A stretch of 54,792 nucleotides of DNA, filler included, from Squatina squatina (taxonomy: Eukaryota), in NCBI GenBank assembly GCA_031763465.1. It is 3 parts of 3 records of this genome, joined end to end, with 100 filler letters (N's around TTAATTAATTAA, not from the genome) between each part and the next. Parts side by side here need not be neighbours in the genome. Positions count along the whole stretch, not along the records: positions 13,573 to 41,717 come from JARFOE010000194.1; positions 41,818 to 54,792 come from JARFOE010000004.1; 1 more part is not named here. One strand, given 5' to 3'. How positions within the stretch are numbered: position 1 is the first letter of the stretch; each line of letters begins with the position of its first letter. A program made the translations under genes and the position numbers. This document shows, in pieces, positions 37,759 to 49,544 of this stretch. Under the pieces are notes generated by a model, which had not been told where the DNA came from, did not search any database, and saw only the letters and a list, made by a program, of their open reading frames with translations.

Positions 37759-37858
37759 NNNNNNNNNNNNNNNNNNNNNNNNNNNNNNNNNNNNNNNNNN
37801 NNNNNNNNNNNNNNNNNNNNNNNNNNNNNNNNNNNNNNNNNNNNNNNNNNNNNNNNNN

Positions 37859-40289
37859 TAACATCAGTGGCCAATTGAGGAATATCCAGGTCACAAGTAT
37901 TAATCCATGCAATAAATGGTGCAAGTTCACAAGTGCAATAAAATGGATTCCCTTTTAGAACCAGTACTTCTAGGAAAAGTTGTTCGCTTGCTGGGAAAAC
38001 TGTCTGGTTTAACACTTTAATTTTGTTATTGCTTAAATCAAGATATTTTATTCTGTTTGCTGTTGTAAGGAAGCTTACAGGAAGTTCAGAAATTCTATTT
38101 CTTCGCAGTAAGAGTTTTTGGAGCGATTTGATGTTATTAGACAGATTATCGGGGGCAATGGCTAATTTATTGTTACTCAGATCTAAGGTGAGCAGATTCT
38201 TCAATAATTCTAGTTTATCCCAATTAAATATGTCTAAACTGTTATGGCTCAAAGACAAATATGACAGGTTATGTGGTAAATTTCCATAAACATCAGATGG
38301 GATGCGTTTAAGTTGATTGTAAGATAAATCAAGATATGTTAAATTAGTTAGATTTTTGAACAAGTTTATATATCTGCAGTCCTCCTCATTCCATAAGATA
38401 TCCATGCGATTCCCTTTAAATTCCAAAACTTCCAATGAGTCACTGTTCAATTCTGACTCAGTCAAGGTGAAGATGGCATTGTTGCTTAGGTTTAACACTT
38501 TCAAATATTTCAGGTTTTCAATAAAGCCCATTTTGTGTGTGACACCCTCAACAATAAAATAGTGCTTGTTGTAACTTAAATCCAGTACTTCCAGTTGTTT
38601 CAGTTCTTTAAAAGCATTATTATAAGCTGGATCAATGCAATTATAAGAAAGGTCCAAGTATTTCAGATTGGGGACGTTGATGAATTCAGTGCCATTGAAA
38701 GCCTGCCCGATTGCATTTGATGACAAATTCAGACACCTTATTTCCTCAAAGCCTTCAAACTGCTTTGGGTTGATGAAAAAAATGCTGTTTCGGCTCAAGT
38801 CCAATGTCTTCCCATAAGAGCAGCATTTCCTTTGCACTGAAGATACAAGTGCATAGTCTTTGTCTCGATACCCATCTCCCACTCCATTTGTTTCAGTTAC
38901 TGACCCTATACCTTTTAAATTTCTCTGTACAAAGTCGGCCGGACTGTTTGAGTCGACACTGTAACCAAGGGGGCTTGCGCTCTCCGATTGAGGTGCGATC
39001 CTATTCTCAGAGAGATACAGAACCTGTAATGATGTGAAATTTCTGAACATGCTTAAGTTTGACTGTCTGATGAAGTTTGTATTGAGGTTGAGGAGAGTGA
39101 GATTACGGAGACTGAATAATGGTTTTAGTTGCTGTTCCTCAATGTTTTGGAAAACACAACATTGAAGGAGTAATGTTTTCAGAGAAACCAATTTGGAGAA
39201 ATTACTTGAAAGATTCATATATTTGGGGTATGTTTGATGGAAGTAATTGTATGACAAGTCAAGCTCCTCCAGTTTGGGTAAATGGTTTAAAAAGTCTCCA
39301 GTCGCAATTTCGTGTATCAAATAATTCCATCTAAGTTCCAGAACTTTTAAGCTAGTTAAGTTCTGAAACCAGCTGCTCAGTATTTTAGAGAGGGAATTAC
39401 CAGAAAGTTGGAGAGTGTGTACATTTTTAAGGTGTTGAAAAGCACGGGGATGTATGTGAATGGAGTCACCTCCAGGGCACGGTTCACATGGGTAAGGATC
39501 ATTATAACATCTGGGGCAGTTTCCATTTAAGTCAAGGAACTCCAGATCAACCAGATGACTGAAATCATCTTGGTTTATAATTTGAATCTTGTTTCCACGG
39601 AGACATAGAAACCTCAAAGTTTCTGGCAGGTTACGAGGAACAGAAGTTAAATTGTTTGAGCCAAGTGTGAGAACCTTCAGTTTTTCACCACTTGAAAATG
39701 CCCCGTCCTCTATATGGATAGACACATTGCAGGGGTTGTGCTGGTAACAGTTTTGTGACAAGTGAAGTGTTTCTATGTTTGTCAGGTTTGGCAGGTTTTC
39801 TTTTGTTATATTTAGAATCTTACTGCCATTGAGGCTGAGCAGTTGTAAACTAAATGGCAGTGTCTTTGGGATTTGGCAGAGGTGGTTTCCATCCAGGTAT
39901 AATTCTTGTAGTTTTGTCAGGGAGGAGAAGCTGCCTTCTGCAATAGTCATGCCCTTCATATACGGATTCAATGCAATGCTTCCAGGTACATGGTTACAAC
40001 TCAAATCTAGTTTGGTTAGGTTTGGTAAATTGGAGAAGGAGTAATTAGAAATATTTGTGATCCAGTTATCTGCCAGATTTAGACTGGTTGCATTAAAAGG
40101 AATGTTTCCTGGTACGCTTCTTAGGCGGCGGCTTCTACAGTCTAGTTGGATGGAGGAGGCATTGTTCCGAACACTCACATCACATGGGAGGCTTCTGGGA
40201 ATCCAGCTGGTTGCAAGCAGTTTTACAACAAAGTTGAGTAGAAAGAGGAAGCACAGTAAAGTCAGTGCTGGAGCTAATGTTGCTTTTGC
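37859..40289 (-). CDS. TLR8: TLR8-like paralogue A: signal peptide and full LRR ectodomain; TM/TIR lost in gap
   Basis: The open frame extends 111 nt beyond the ORF-track start, to a tag| acceptor at 40290-40292, giving AKATLAPALTLLCFLFLLNFVVKLLATSWIPRSLPCDV. GNCPRCYNxPxPC, NYLIHEIATGDFL, YLSENRI, HYFIVEGVTH and DILWNEED are TLR7/8-family motifs, closer to TLR8. Confidence 0.9.
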
Positions 40290-40460
40290 CTATTGGAGGC
40301 TGATCCATGATGCATGAAGGGGAAGCCTTGGGTATGGCCAAAGGGGGCCTGAAGATACATNNNNNNNNNNNNNNNNNNNNNNNNNNNNNNNNNNNNNNNN
40401 NNNNNNNNNNNNNNNNNNNNNNNNNNNNNNNNNNNNNNNNNNNNNNNNNNNNNNNNNNNN

Positions 40461-40626
40461 TCACTAATGTCCTTTAGGGAAGGGAATCTGTCATCCTTAC
40501 CTGGTCTGGCCTATATGTGACTCCAGACCCACAGCAAAGTGGTTGACTCTTATCTGCCCTCTAGGGATGCGCAATAAATGTTGGCCTTGCCAGTGATGCC
40601 CACATCCCAGGAACTAATTTTAAAAA
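40461..40626 (+). mobile_element. 3' half of a shark-type SINE
   Basis: tcactaatgtcctttagggaagggaatctg...ctggtctggcctatatgtgactccagacccacagcaa..gtggttgactctt...caataaatgttggccttgccagtgatgcccacatccca with an A/T-rich end. I recognise this as a common chondrichthyan repeat. Confidence 0.7.
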
Positions 40627-40918
40627 GCCCAGGCATCAAGACTAGTTTCAGTAACCCAGTACAGCACATTTTCTTCTGGAAACAAAGTTATGAAGTGAAA
40701 AATAAAATTCAGTTCAAAATATCTAAAATAGTTAAGTTTTCATGCCTTCAACTTGCAAGTATGGATGTAATTTATACAGTTTGACACAGCAAGTTTGACT
40801 CTTTCAAGCTGGGCCTGGTTAACTGTAGTATTCCAGTAAATAATGATGGGTTCCTCAGAAATGGAGCAGAGCACTTGTTCAGTCCAGAACAATGCAACAA
40901 AGCTGAAATTTCATCACC

Positions 40919-41038
<120 letters not shown>

Positions 41039-41099
41039 TCAGTGCATTCAATGCACTACTCATTCTTTCAAGTGAAAGAAAAACAAAGATCATTTTTAC

Positions 41100-41259
41100 C
41101 TGAACTTTTGAGGAAATCTTCATTTTTTCTTCTTGTGGAATGGTGTTTGTTACAACAACAGCTTCAAAAGCAGCATTGTTTATTCGGCTAATGGCAGGGC
41201 CGGAGAAGATACCGTGAGTAAGGATAGCATAAACTTTGGTAGCACCAGCACACAGCAAT
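41100..41259 (-). CDS. PRPS2: PRPS2 penultimate coding exon (160 nt)
   Basis: Long polypyrimidine tract, cag| acceptor and |gtaaaa donor. Translates [58 protein letters not shown] and NNAAFE plus adjacency to TLR8 indicate PRPS2 rather than PRPS1. Confidence 0.94.
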
Positions 41260-41717
41260 CTGAACAAAGAAAAAAAAAAGGCAAAAAATTATAGTAACTA
41301 TACATTAAGATACTGCAAACATAATCCTTAAAATAAAAATTCTCTTTATACATCTAAAAAGTTTAACAAGTTGATGCTCACAGTGGCATTTTTGCATTGT
41401 TTCACCAGGTATCAAAATGTAAAAACAATGCTGCACTTGCTTTGAGGCATTGAACAGCAAAAGGTGATTTTTATTCTCACCTTCGCTTCTACCCAGAGTA
41501 GCATGATGTCAGAGGCAGCCAAATAGTCACCAGTGGGCTGATCATAAGAAAGCACTCCAACTAGAGCAGAAAAGTGGCTTTGTAAATACTGATCTGGAAG
41601 GACTCCGCAGTCTAATGTTTGATCATTACCGGAATGACCTGCAAACTCTACTTATGCTTTTTAAAACTTTCTAAACGAGGTATCCAATCAAACTAGCCTT
41701 TTTTAAAAAAAAACATT

Positions 41718-41817
41718 NNNNNNNNNNNNNNNNNNNNNNNNNNNNNNNNNNNNNNNNNNNNTTAATTAATTAANNNNNNNNNNNNNNNNNNNNNNNNNNN
41801 NNNNNNNNNNNNNNNNN
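41718..41817. other. Artificial assembly linker N44-TTAATTAATTAA-N44
   Basis: Same exact structure as 13473-13572. Confidence 0.92.
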
Positions 41818-43342
41818 TGCAATACCAGTAACAATTCTTCCAGGCTGATTTGCAATGCTAAAGCCACAGTATAGTTCATGTTATACTGTGAGTAGTGAGA
41901 AGATGTCAAATTTGATAATTATACCTTAACTCAGACCTTGCTGCTGAAAACACCTAACAAATAATTTATGTCACATTGCATTCAACCCTTAGGAGGCCTA
42001 CTTAATATTTGTAAGATTAACTTGCTATTGATACGATCACTAAATAATAATAAAGGCATGAAACGTTTGCATTTTTTACAGGAAAACTACAGTGATTAGA
42101 CTGTGAGATTAGGTTTAGGATTTTCAAGGAAAAATAAATGATAAGATTGGTTTCCTTATTCAAAATTATGCAAAAAACTTCACTTTATGTAATGAAATTA
42201 CAAATGCTGAGAACAATTTTCCCTTTGCTGAGCAGTAATAGGTTTGCTGATAGAATCTTTTGCAAATAAAAAAAAAAAATGTTGCTTTAATTTTACTCAT
42301 CAGGGCCGATGCTGGGGAATGGAACATAAATCCCACTTTTTGTACCCAGTATTAATATCTCAATTCCAACTTGAAAAAAGCACCCTGTACTATAGCAGGG
42401 TGATATTTTCCAATAAAGTTGTATTTGTGGCCTCTCTGAGGGCCCATCAATTTTTTACTATGGAATTGCATGTTCCAGGGCTGAAACTTCCCGAACTCGT
42501 TTCACCTCAGGATCTTAGAGCTGACAGACAAAAGACATTCTTTCCTCGTAAACCTAAGTTCTAGAGGCGAATGAACTCTGTTCCAGTGCAATATGTCACC
42601 CTGTGTTGGTGGAAATAATGGGGCTGATAATACAATAACAGGCACCTGAAGCACTGGTGTTAGCTCCCTATGTTATCAGATGCAAAGCCCTGAGGCCTAC
42701 TTTGTGCCTGATAGACATAACATACCACAATGCAACCCTGAAGTGCTTTGAGTGCACAGACTGTACAAGGCTCATGTAATCCACAATTTTACTTTAATGA
42801 GCAGTACTCCCCATAATACAAGCAGTGCCTGATAGCCTACAGTAGAACAGCATTCTCAAATAGAAAGGATCACCATTTGATCAACATATAGGTGGTCTGG
42901 AACCACTGGAACTGAATCACACAAGTGAATGCACATTACCTTGACCGCTTTTATGATATGATGATCTTGCAACAGTCAATTAATGTCTGTCTTCTTTGAC
43001 AAGCTAATGCTCCACAAATGGCTTTTGGGGGCATCAAGAATATACCCTATGTGTCTTATGGCACCAATGCAGCACTCAGGACAAGAGCTGAAGAGAGTTA
43101 CAATGTGGTTCATGCATCTACATTGTGGAGCTGGCATTCTGAAACATTGACCCCAATCTTTACTCGAGCAGGATTTCCAAACAGGGGTGGTGGGGGGTGG
43201 GGGAGGAGCTCTATCAAGTCAAGATTCCCCAAGTTTTATCTCCATAACGTGCGTGTTTATTTTTTAAACAGGCTCCCCGTCCGAAAGCCAGCCTGATTGA
43301 CAGGCTTGACTCCCTGTTGGGTGGGAATGTTCCTGAAGAGGC

Positions 43343-43488
43343 TACATGAATATCCCCATGCTCATTGATGGCGGAGCCCAGCACGTGAGTGCAAAAGACA
43401 AGGCTGAAGTGTTTGCAATCATCTTCAGCCAGAAGTGCCAAGTGGATGATCCATATCGGTCTCCTCCTGAGGTCCCCATCATCACAGA
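43343..43488 (+). mobile_element. LINE ORF2 fragment (region between endonuclease and RT)
   Basis: NIPMLIDGGAQHVSAKDKAEVFAIIFSQKCQVDDP resembles the KAExFxxxFS motif of CR1/L2-group ORF2. Cut off by a gap. Confidence 0.65.
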
Positions 43489-44094
43489 NNNNNNNNNNNN
43501 NNNNNNNNNNNNNNNNNNNNNNNNNNNNNNNNNNNNNNNNNNNNNNNNNNNNNNNNNNNNNNNNNNNNNNNNNNNNNNNNNNNNNNNNCAGACCCATGCC
43601 TGCACCCTGGGCTACCTATCCCTTTGCTTTTGCCTGTTGTTTCTTCATCTTTTGCCTCTTTAGCCTTGGCAAAGGCTGCAAATGGATTGGATACTCTTTG
43701 AGGCTTTTCAAAGGCTTTCAGAATTTTTGTTATTCTATTGTGACAATCCCCTTTAATTGTCCCCATCCACTTAAACTTCACTTAATTGCAAGTTTCTGCC
43801 CTCACCAGTAGTGTGCTTCCTTCACTCATCCAAATCTAAATGTAGATCTGTGAACAATTATGCAAATGACCTGGCCCATGAAATGTCAGTGCTATTATCA
43901 CATTAGCATTCTGATAAGATTCACATCAGTTCTTAACCATTTGGAACTGACATACATATTGGACAAAAACTGGCCTTCGAGGTTTTACTAGAACTTTCCT
44001 AATTGTATCCTCAAACACTGAAGAAGACCAAGTGAAGACCTGGCACAAGTCCCCAGTTTAGAGCATTTCCTTAAAACTTGTTTTCACAATATAA

Positions 44095-44252
44095 GGGGTG
44101 AATTTCTGCAGGGATTTTGCCTGATTACTCACTGTAACTTCAACAGAAGTTCAGGTAAAATGGCATAAATGGTCATTTGTCCAGGATTTCCACGGCTCCT
44201 CCATCAAAGTTCAGGTAGAAGAGCCAGAAACCCCCCCACAGAAGTTCATCTC
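44095..44252. mobile_element. Hairpin MITE-like element (~160 bp)
   Basis: ggggtgaatttctgcaggg at the left end versus ccccacagaagttcatctc at the right end (about 14/19 inverted match). Internal direct repeat aagttcaggta occurs twice. Confidence 0.5.
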
Positions 44253-45372
44253 CCATGAGAACGTTGAGATCTTAAGTTGTATTGGAGAAAAGACGACTGA
44301 CACAGAAACTGCAGAGACAAGTGGATATGTGCACATTGTTGAAGCGGTGACTCCTCATAGATCTCACTGAAAAGACAAAAAATAAAAATTGTTTTATTTT
44401 GATTAGCATTGAAATTTGTTCTTTGCATGCACTTTGATAGCAGTTATTACTAGACTCATTCATAGGTTCCAGCAGTACATCATCTGGCAATAAAGGGGAC
44501 TGGTATTTCCATGTCAAAGCTTTGTCAATTTATCTTCTGGAAGCAAAATAAAAATAAAAAAAAAACAGAGATGCATAATGACATGTTAGGCAGAACATCA
44601 CTTACAGTTGGCTAGTCACAATCGTCAAGGTTCAGTTCCATTTAGCTTTGTGTTGGTGAAAGAACTTTTCATTTGGGGATATGTGAAGCATTCTACCACT
44701 GCTGCCTGCCCCCAGGCTACCCCTGAGTGCCAGTCTTGTCACTGGGTTTCTTATCTGATGCTCTGTTGAAATTAACTGCATATGCTGGCTGGCCTAAGCA
44801 TTAGAGACAGGCTTTAAATCAAGCATTTACCAACAGTTAACATATCCAAAATGTCACCAAGCCCAATGCCTTCACTTTTAACTCTTTCAGTGATGACATT
44901 GCTTTCTATATCTTGGTGGAAAAGTATGTGCTACATCTCAATTCACTCCCTGAATATAAATCCAGTATTATAAATAATAGATTAATATTGCACTGGATAT
45001 ATTGATTATTATTCCATTATTAAAATAAATAGAAAGCATCCTTTTCTGGTGTAGGTAAAGGGCCTCCGTTGTTCCATGGGAAACTTACAAACTAACCTTT
45101 TTACTAATGCTGATTTCAAAACACACAGCTTTTAGCTATCTTTTCTAGTGGGAGTAAAAGGGGTGGGGGGTGGGTGAAATTGGCCGCTGTCCGAAATTGG
45201 GTTAACACCTACTTAAGGCGTTAATGGGGCGCTAAACATTCTTAAGGCATTAAATCGTTATTTAGTGNNNNNNNNNNNNNNNNNNNNNNNNNNNNNNNNN
45301 NNNNNNNNNNNNNNNNNNNNNNNNNNNNNNNNNNNNNNNNNNNNNNNNNNNNNNNNNNNNNNNNNNNGATCT

Positions 45373-46660
45373 ATACCTGTAAATGTCCCATGGCGTGCAT
45401 TATCCATGGTACTTGAAGTGTATTGGAGGCAACTGTGTTGATACACAATTTGCATCATAACATGCCATGGCATTGGAAAAGTGCCATTGCGTCATTTACG
45501 TGTAACGTGATTGTGATGGAGACACGTACTTTCACTTTGGCTGCTCTCGTCCCTGTTGACTGCCACTTTGAAACTTCTAATCCACTTACTATATATCAGA
45601 ATGCAATAATACTTCTGTTAAAATGAAATTACGACCTGCATGTAATGAAACTGTTCCTTTGTTTAGTCCGTGAGGAAAAATGAAATGCAGTTCAGTTAGA
45701 GATGGAAATTGTTGCCTCCAGTGCACTTCAAGTACCGTGGGTAATGCATGCCATGGGACATTTACAGATATGTATAAAATATGTGCAGTGCCTGGAATTA
45801 AATATTGGAATGTGAAATTGGTATAATGTAAAAATTAGGTCTATGTGCCATAACTAGAATATTTTGCTTTTTTTTTGCTGATGTTAAATCTTGTACAATA
45901 TTTAATGTGCATTGAATTCTTACTCTTAGTAATGAAAAGCAGTTTCTTGGTAATTCATTGACGCAACAGTCTGTAGATGTTTGACTAAATTTGCAATGTT
46001 TGAAGTTTCAGCAATAACATTCCAACCACGTTGGTGGTTCCCAGTGGTAGGCGTTTTGTTCTTGATATTTAAAAGTAAATTTGAAATTTTGTAAATTGTT
46101 TTACAAATGCTTGTACAGTCATTCTGGTGAATTTAGCTTTCTGCTGTGGGTCTGCAACGGATGCCATTTTCCTTTGTCTACAACTTGAATGGAATGGGAG
46201 AAAAGTAATTTGAATAGATCAGGTTGCTTTCTCCCAGAAACTACAGCAGCAATGTTTAACAGTTACAACCAGCTTCTGATTTGATGTTTTTAAAAACTAT
46301 TATGGCATCATTTGTGCTGCCACAGTGTGCGATTCAATAGGTATTGTTGGTTGAATTTTTCCAATCAACAAATCTGTCAAAAGTGCCTTTCGGCCTGAAA
46401 CCTGGAAGATGTTCATCTTTAATAGTCAACTTTTATCTGTATGTTTTCCTGACTGTGTGCATTTTTACATTATTATACCAATTTCACATTCCAATATTTA
46501 ATTCCAGGCACTGCACTTTTTTTATACATACCCGTAAATGTCCCATGGCATGCATTATCCACGGTACTTGAAGTGCACTGGAGGCAACAATTTCCATCTA
46601 TAGCTGAACTACATTCCATTTTTCCTCACGGACTAAACAAAGGAACAGTTTCATTACATG
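45373..46660. repeat. Nested long inverted-repeat element (foldback/DNA-transposon-like)
   Basis: A 61-bp motif at 45373-45433 is inverted at 45711-45771 (6 mismatches). Independently, 45639-45835 is inverted at 46461-46660 (~200-bp arms), and the right arm runs into a 613-N gap. Confidence 0.88.
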
Positions 46661-49544
46661 NNNNNNNNNNNNNNNNNNNNNNNNNNNNNNNNNNNNNNNN
46701 NNNNNNNNNNNNNNNNNNNNNNNNNNNNNNNNNNNNNNNNNNNNNNNNNNNNNNNNNNNNNNNNNNNNNNNNNNNNNNNNNNNNNNNNNNNNNNNNNNNN
46801 NNNNNNNNNNNNNNNNNNNNNNNNNNNNNNNNNNNNNNNNNNNNNNNNNNNNNNNNNNNNNNNNNNNNNNNNNNNNNNNNNNNNNNNNNNNNNNNNNNNN
46901 NNNNNNNNNNNNNNNNNNNNNNNNNNNNNNNNNNNNNNNNNNNNNNNNNNNNNNNNNNNNNNNNNNNNNNNNNNNNNNNNNNNNNNNNNNNNNNNNNNNN
47001 NNNNNNNNNNNNNNNNNNNNNNNNNNNNNNNNNNNNNNNNNNNNNNNNNNNNNNNNNNNNNNNNNNNNNNNNNNNNNNNNNNNNNNNNNNNNNNNNNNNN
47101 NNNNNNNNNNNNNNNNNNNNNNNNNNNNNNNNNNNNNNNNNNNNNNNNNNNNNNNNNNNNNNNNNNNNNNNNNNNNNNNNNNNNNNNNNNNNNNNNNNNN
47201 NNNNNNNNNNNNNNNNNNNNNNNNNNNNNNNNNNNNNNNNNNNNNNNNNNNNNNNNNNNNNNNNNNNNNNNNNTATATGAGCAAGCTTTTATTCCTGATG
47301 TTCTTTGCACTTCTTTCTCACACTTGCATCCATGTCAACTTTATCAGGAGCAAAGAACTGAAGTCAATGGAAAGGATAAAATGGGCAGGGTGTTTAACAG
47401 GTGGTCAATCAGCTAACGACTTGGCAACCCTCCTGCTTTTCCCTACACTGGGGGAAGTGAAAATCAGGCGGGGCCTATAATGGCTGACCAATTCAATATC
47501 TCCCATTTTGCACCATTGCCCAAAATTAAAATGTTGGAAACATACAGATGCTGACTGACTGACTGGGCCTTTCTATTATTATTTTCTTTTTGTTTTAGCG
47601 GTAAAGAATATATCTGTTTTTTGCAGTCACAATTTGTCTGAATTTAGGGAAAGATAAATTCAGTCTTCTGATCTCAGGAAACAGCAGCCTTAAAAAGGCA
47701 TTAAATGCAGAGAAACCGCTCCCAGACCAGTAAGGAATAACGCGGTACAGGCATAGCCCCTTAAGCTTCTAGGGAAATTGATACTAAATGTATCACCTTC
47801 ACAATTCAACAAGTTGCCCAGATTAGCTGTACAAAACTGCATAAAAATAAGTTAAAATAATTGCTAAGTTAAATAATTCCATTTTAATGCATTACAAATT
47901 TGTACAGAGAAACATGGAAAGTATAAAAATGTAAAATGTTTTAGTTATGCCATTGTCAATATTGCATTATACATGCACAGATTGTGTAGAAACCAGCAAA
48001 ATGCCCCACTGTGGAAACATATGCCATCCATAATTTGGATTTTTAAAATGATCTGAATTGGTTAAATTAGGATTGATTTGGGGATTGTATCCAGCATGCA
48101 CCAAACACAGCCTGTGAATGCTTTTCCCTTTAAGCCCTCGTGGCTGCCTCTAACTAAAATCAGAAAGTGCTGGAAATACACAGCAGGTATGTTAGCTTTA
48201 AAGAAAAAGATAATTTATCCTATTGGGAGTAGACCCTCAGGTGTTGGCCCCAATTGCTATGAATCTTTTCTAAGTCAGAAAGGGGTGGGGAAGATGGTCA
48301 CAGATTGTTCTAAAGTCACTATGAACACCATTCTGATTGAAACTCCTAAAAACCATGAAGGAGTGGTCCCATCACCACAAACTGACCCAACTAGTAGACT
48401 GTCAAACTTGCCGAATGAAGGAAGATAAATCTGAACGCCAGTTAAGGTTGGTGCTTGATCTTATCACCTTCTAGCTAAAAATTGAAACCTCCAATTTGCT
48501 TAGTTTGCCATTCTTGGGATATAATTTTTTAAAAAGCTAGTCGTTAATTTGCTCAACCTTTCATTACTGCTATTGCACAGAAACCCTTAAATATAAACCA
48601 CATAATTAAATTCAAACCTTGTAAAATTGTCTTTGGTTTAGGGCAGAGAACAGAAACAAATTATAGAAAAGCAGGTTCTTCTTGAAGTTTTTTAAAAAAT
48701 TAATAAAAATATGAACTTTTCCCTGACTTAATAAATTCTTTAGTAAATCTACACTGGACACACAGCCTTTGTTCTGTATTTTTTTCCGTATGGCTTTTAC
48801 ATGAGAAAGAAATTAATTGCAGTGCTAAACTCTAAAAAAAATTTAAATTCACAAAAATCAAGAAGCTAAAAAAAAAGCTGATTTATCTTACATTGGTCGG
48901 ACTCCCTTCAAAAGATGACCTTGAAATATAATCACCCTAATGAGCCAAAATATTCACTTTCACGAATGAAACAGTAATCAAATCAGTTTCAAAAAGCACC
49001 ATTAATGAGCTTTCCCTTTGATTGGGACACGTCCTGATATATTAATCTACAGGAGGTACGTTCTAGCTGAGACCACCCCATGCCAGCTCATTAGCTGACC
49101 TAGCAAGAGACTAATTTGAATGTTTTTGATAAAAATTTCAAGGAATTTTCACTTCAGCAGGGTTTCAGCCAATACCAGCAACTTCTATACAAGTAAATTG
49201 TACTTTTTGTAAAGTTAATTAGTAGATATTGATGATCATTGCACTGAAAAATAGGCATGAAGTATCTCTAAAAGCAACTCCACCTTAATATAATCATAAA
49301 TGTACTGAATGGTACTTTTTATTTTCAAACTGCTTTTTTGATAGATGTATTTATTTTACAAATAACTATTTGAGACTGCTATCTGATTAGAGCAAGACAG
49401 AACTATCAGAGCAACTTTCACTGGGATCGGCCAGACAGAAAGCAATCGGCACTGAACTTTTTCAGTACTATACATTTTTATGTTGCTACTTTCAGCTACT
49501 TGCTATTCCATGACCAGCAAAAACGGAGGTTAAATTTTACTCTT

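Noticed and set aside
36902-40178. One continuous, frameshifted TLR gene spanning the gap
   Set aside because: The LRR-CT segment is present on both sides at 27/38 identity, so these are two genes. The frame difference across a placeholder gap is meaningless.
44246-44367. Strong acceptor (ttttgtcttttcag) suggesting an exon of PRPS2 or FRMPD4
   Set aside because: No frame resembles either protein as I know them, and the longest frame ends inside a MITE terminus.
46573-47416. Several 200+ aa ORFs
   Set aside because: They consist almost entirely of N-derived X residues. The same applies to most short X-containing ORFs in the track.
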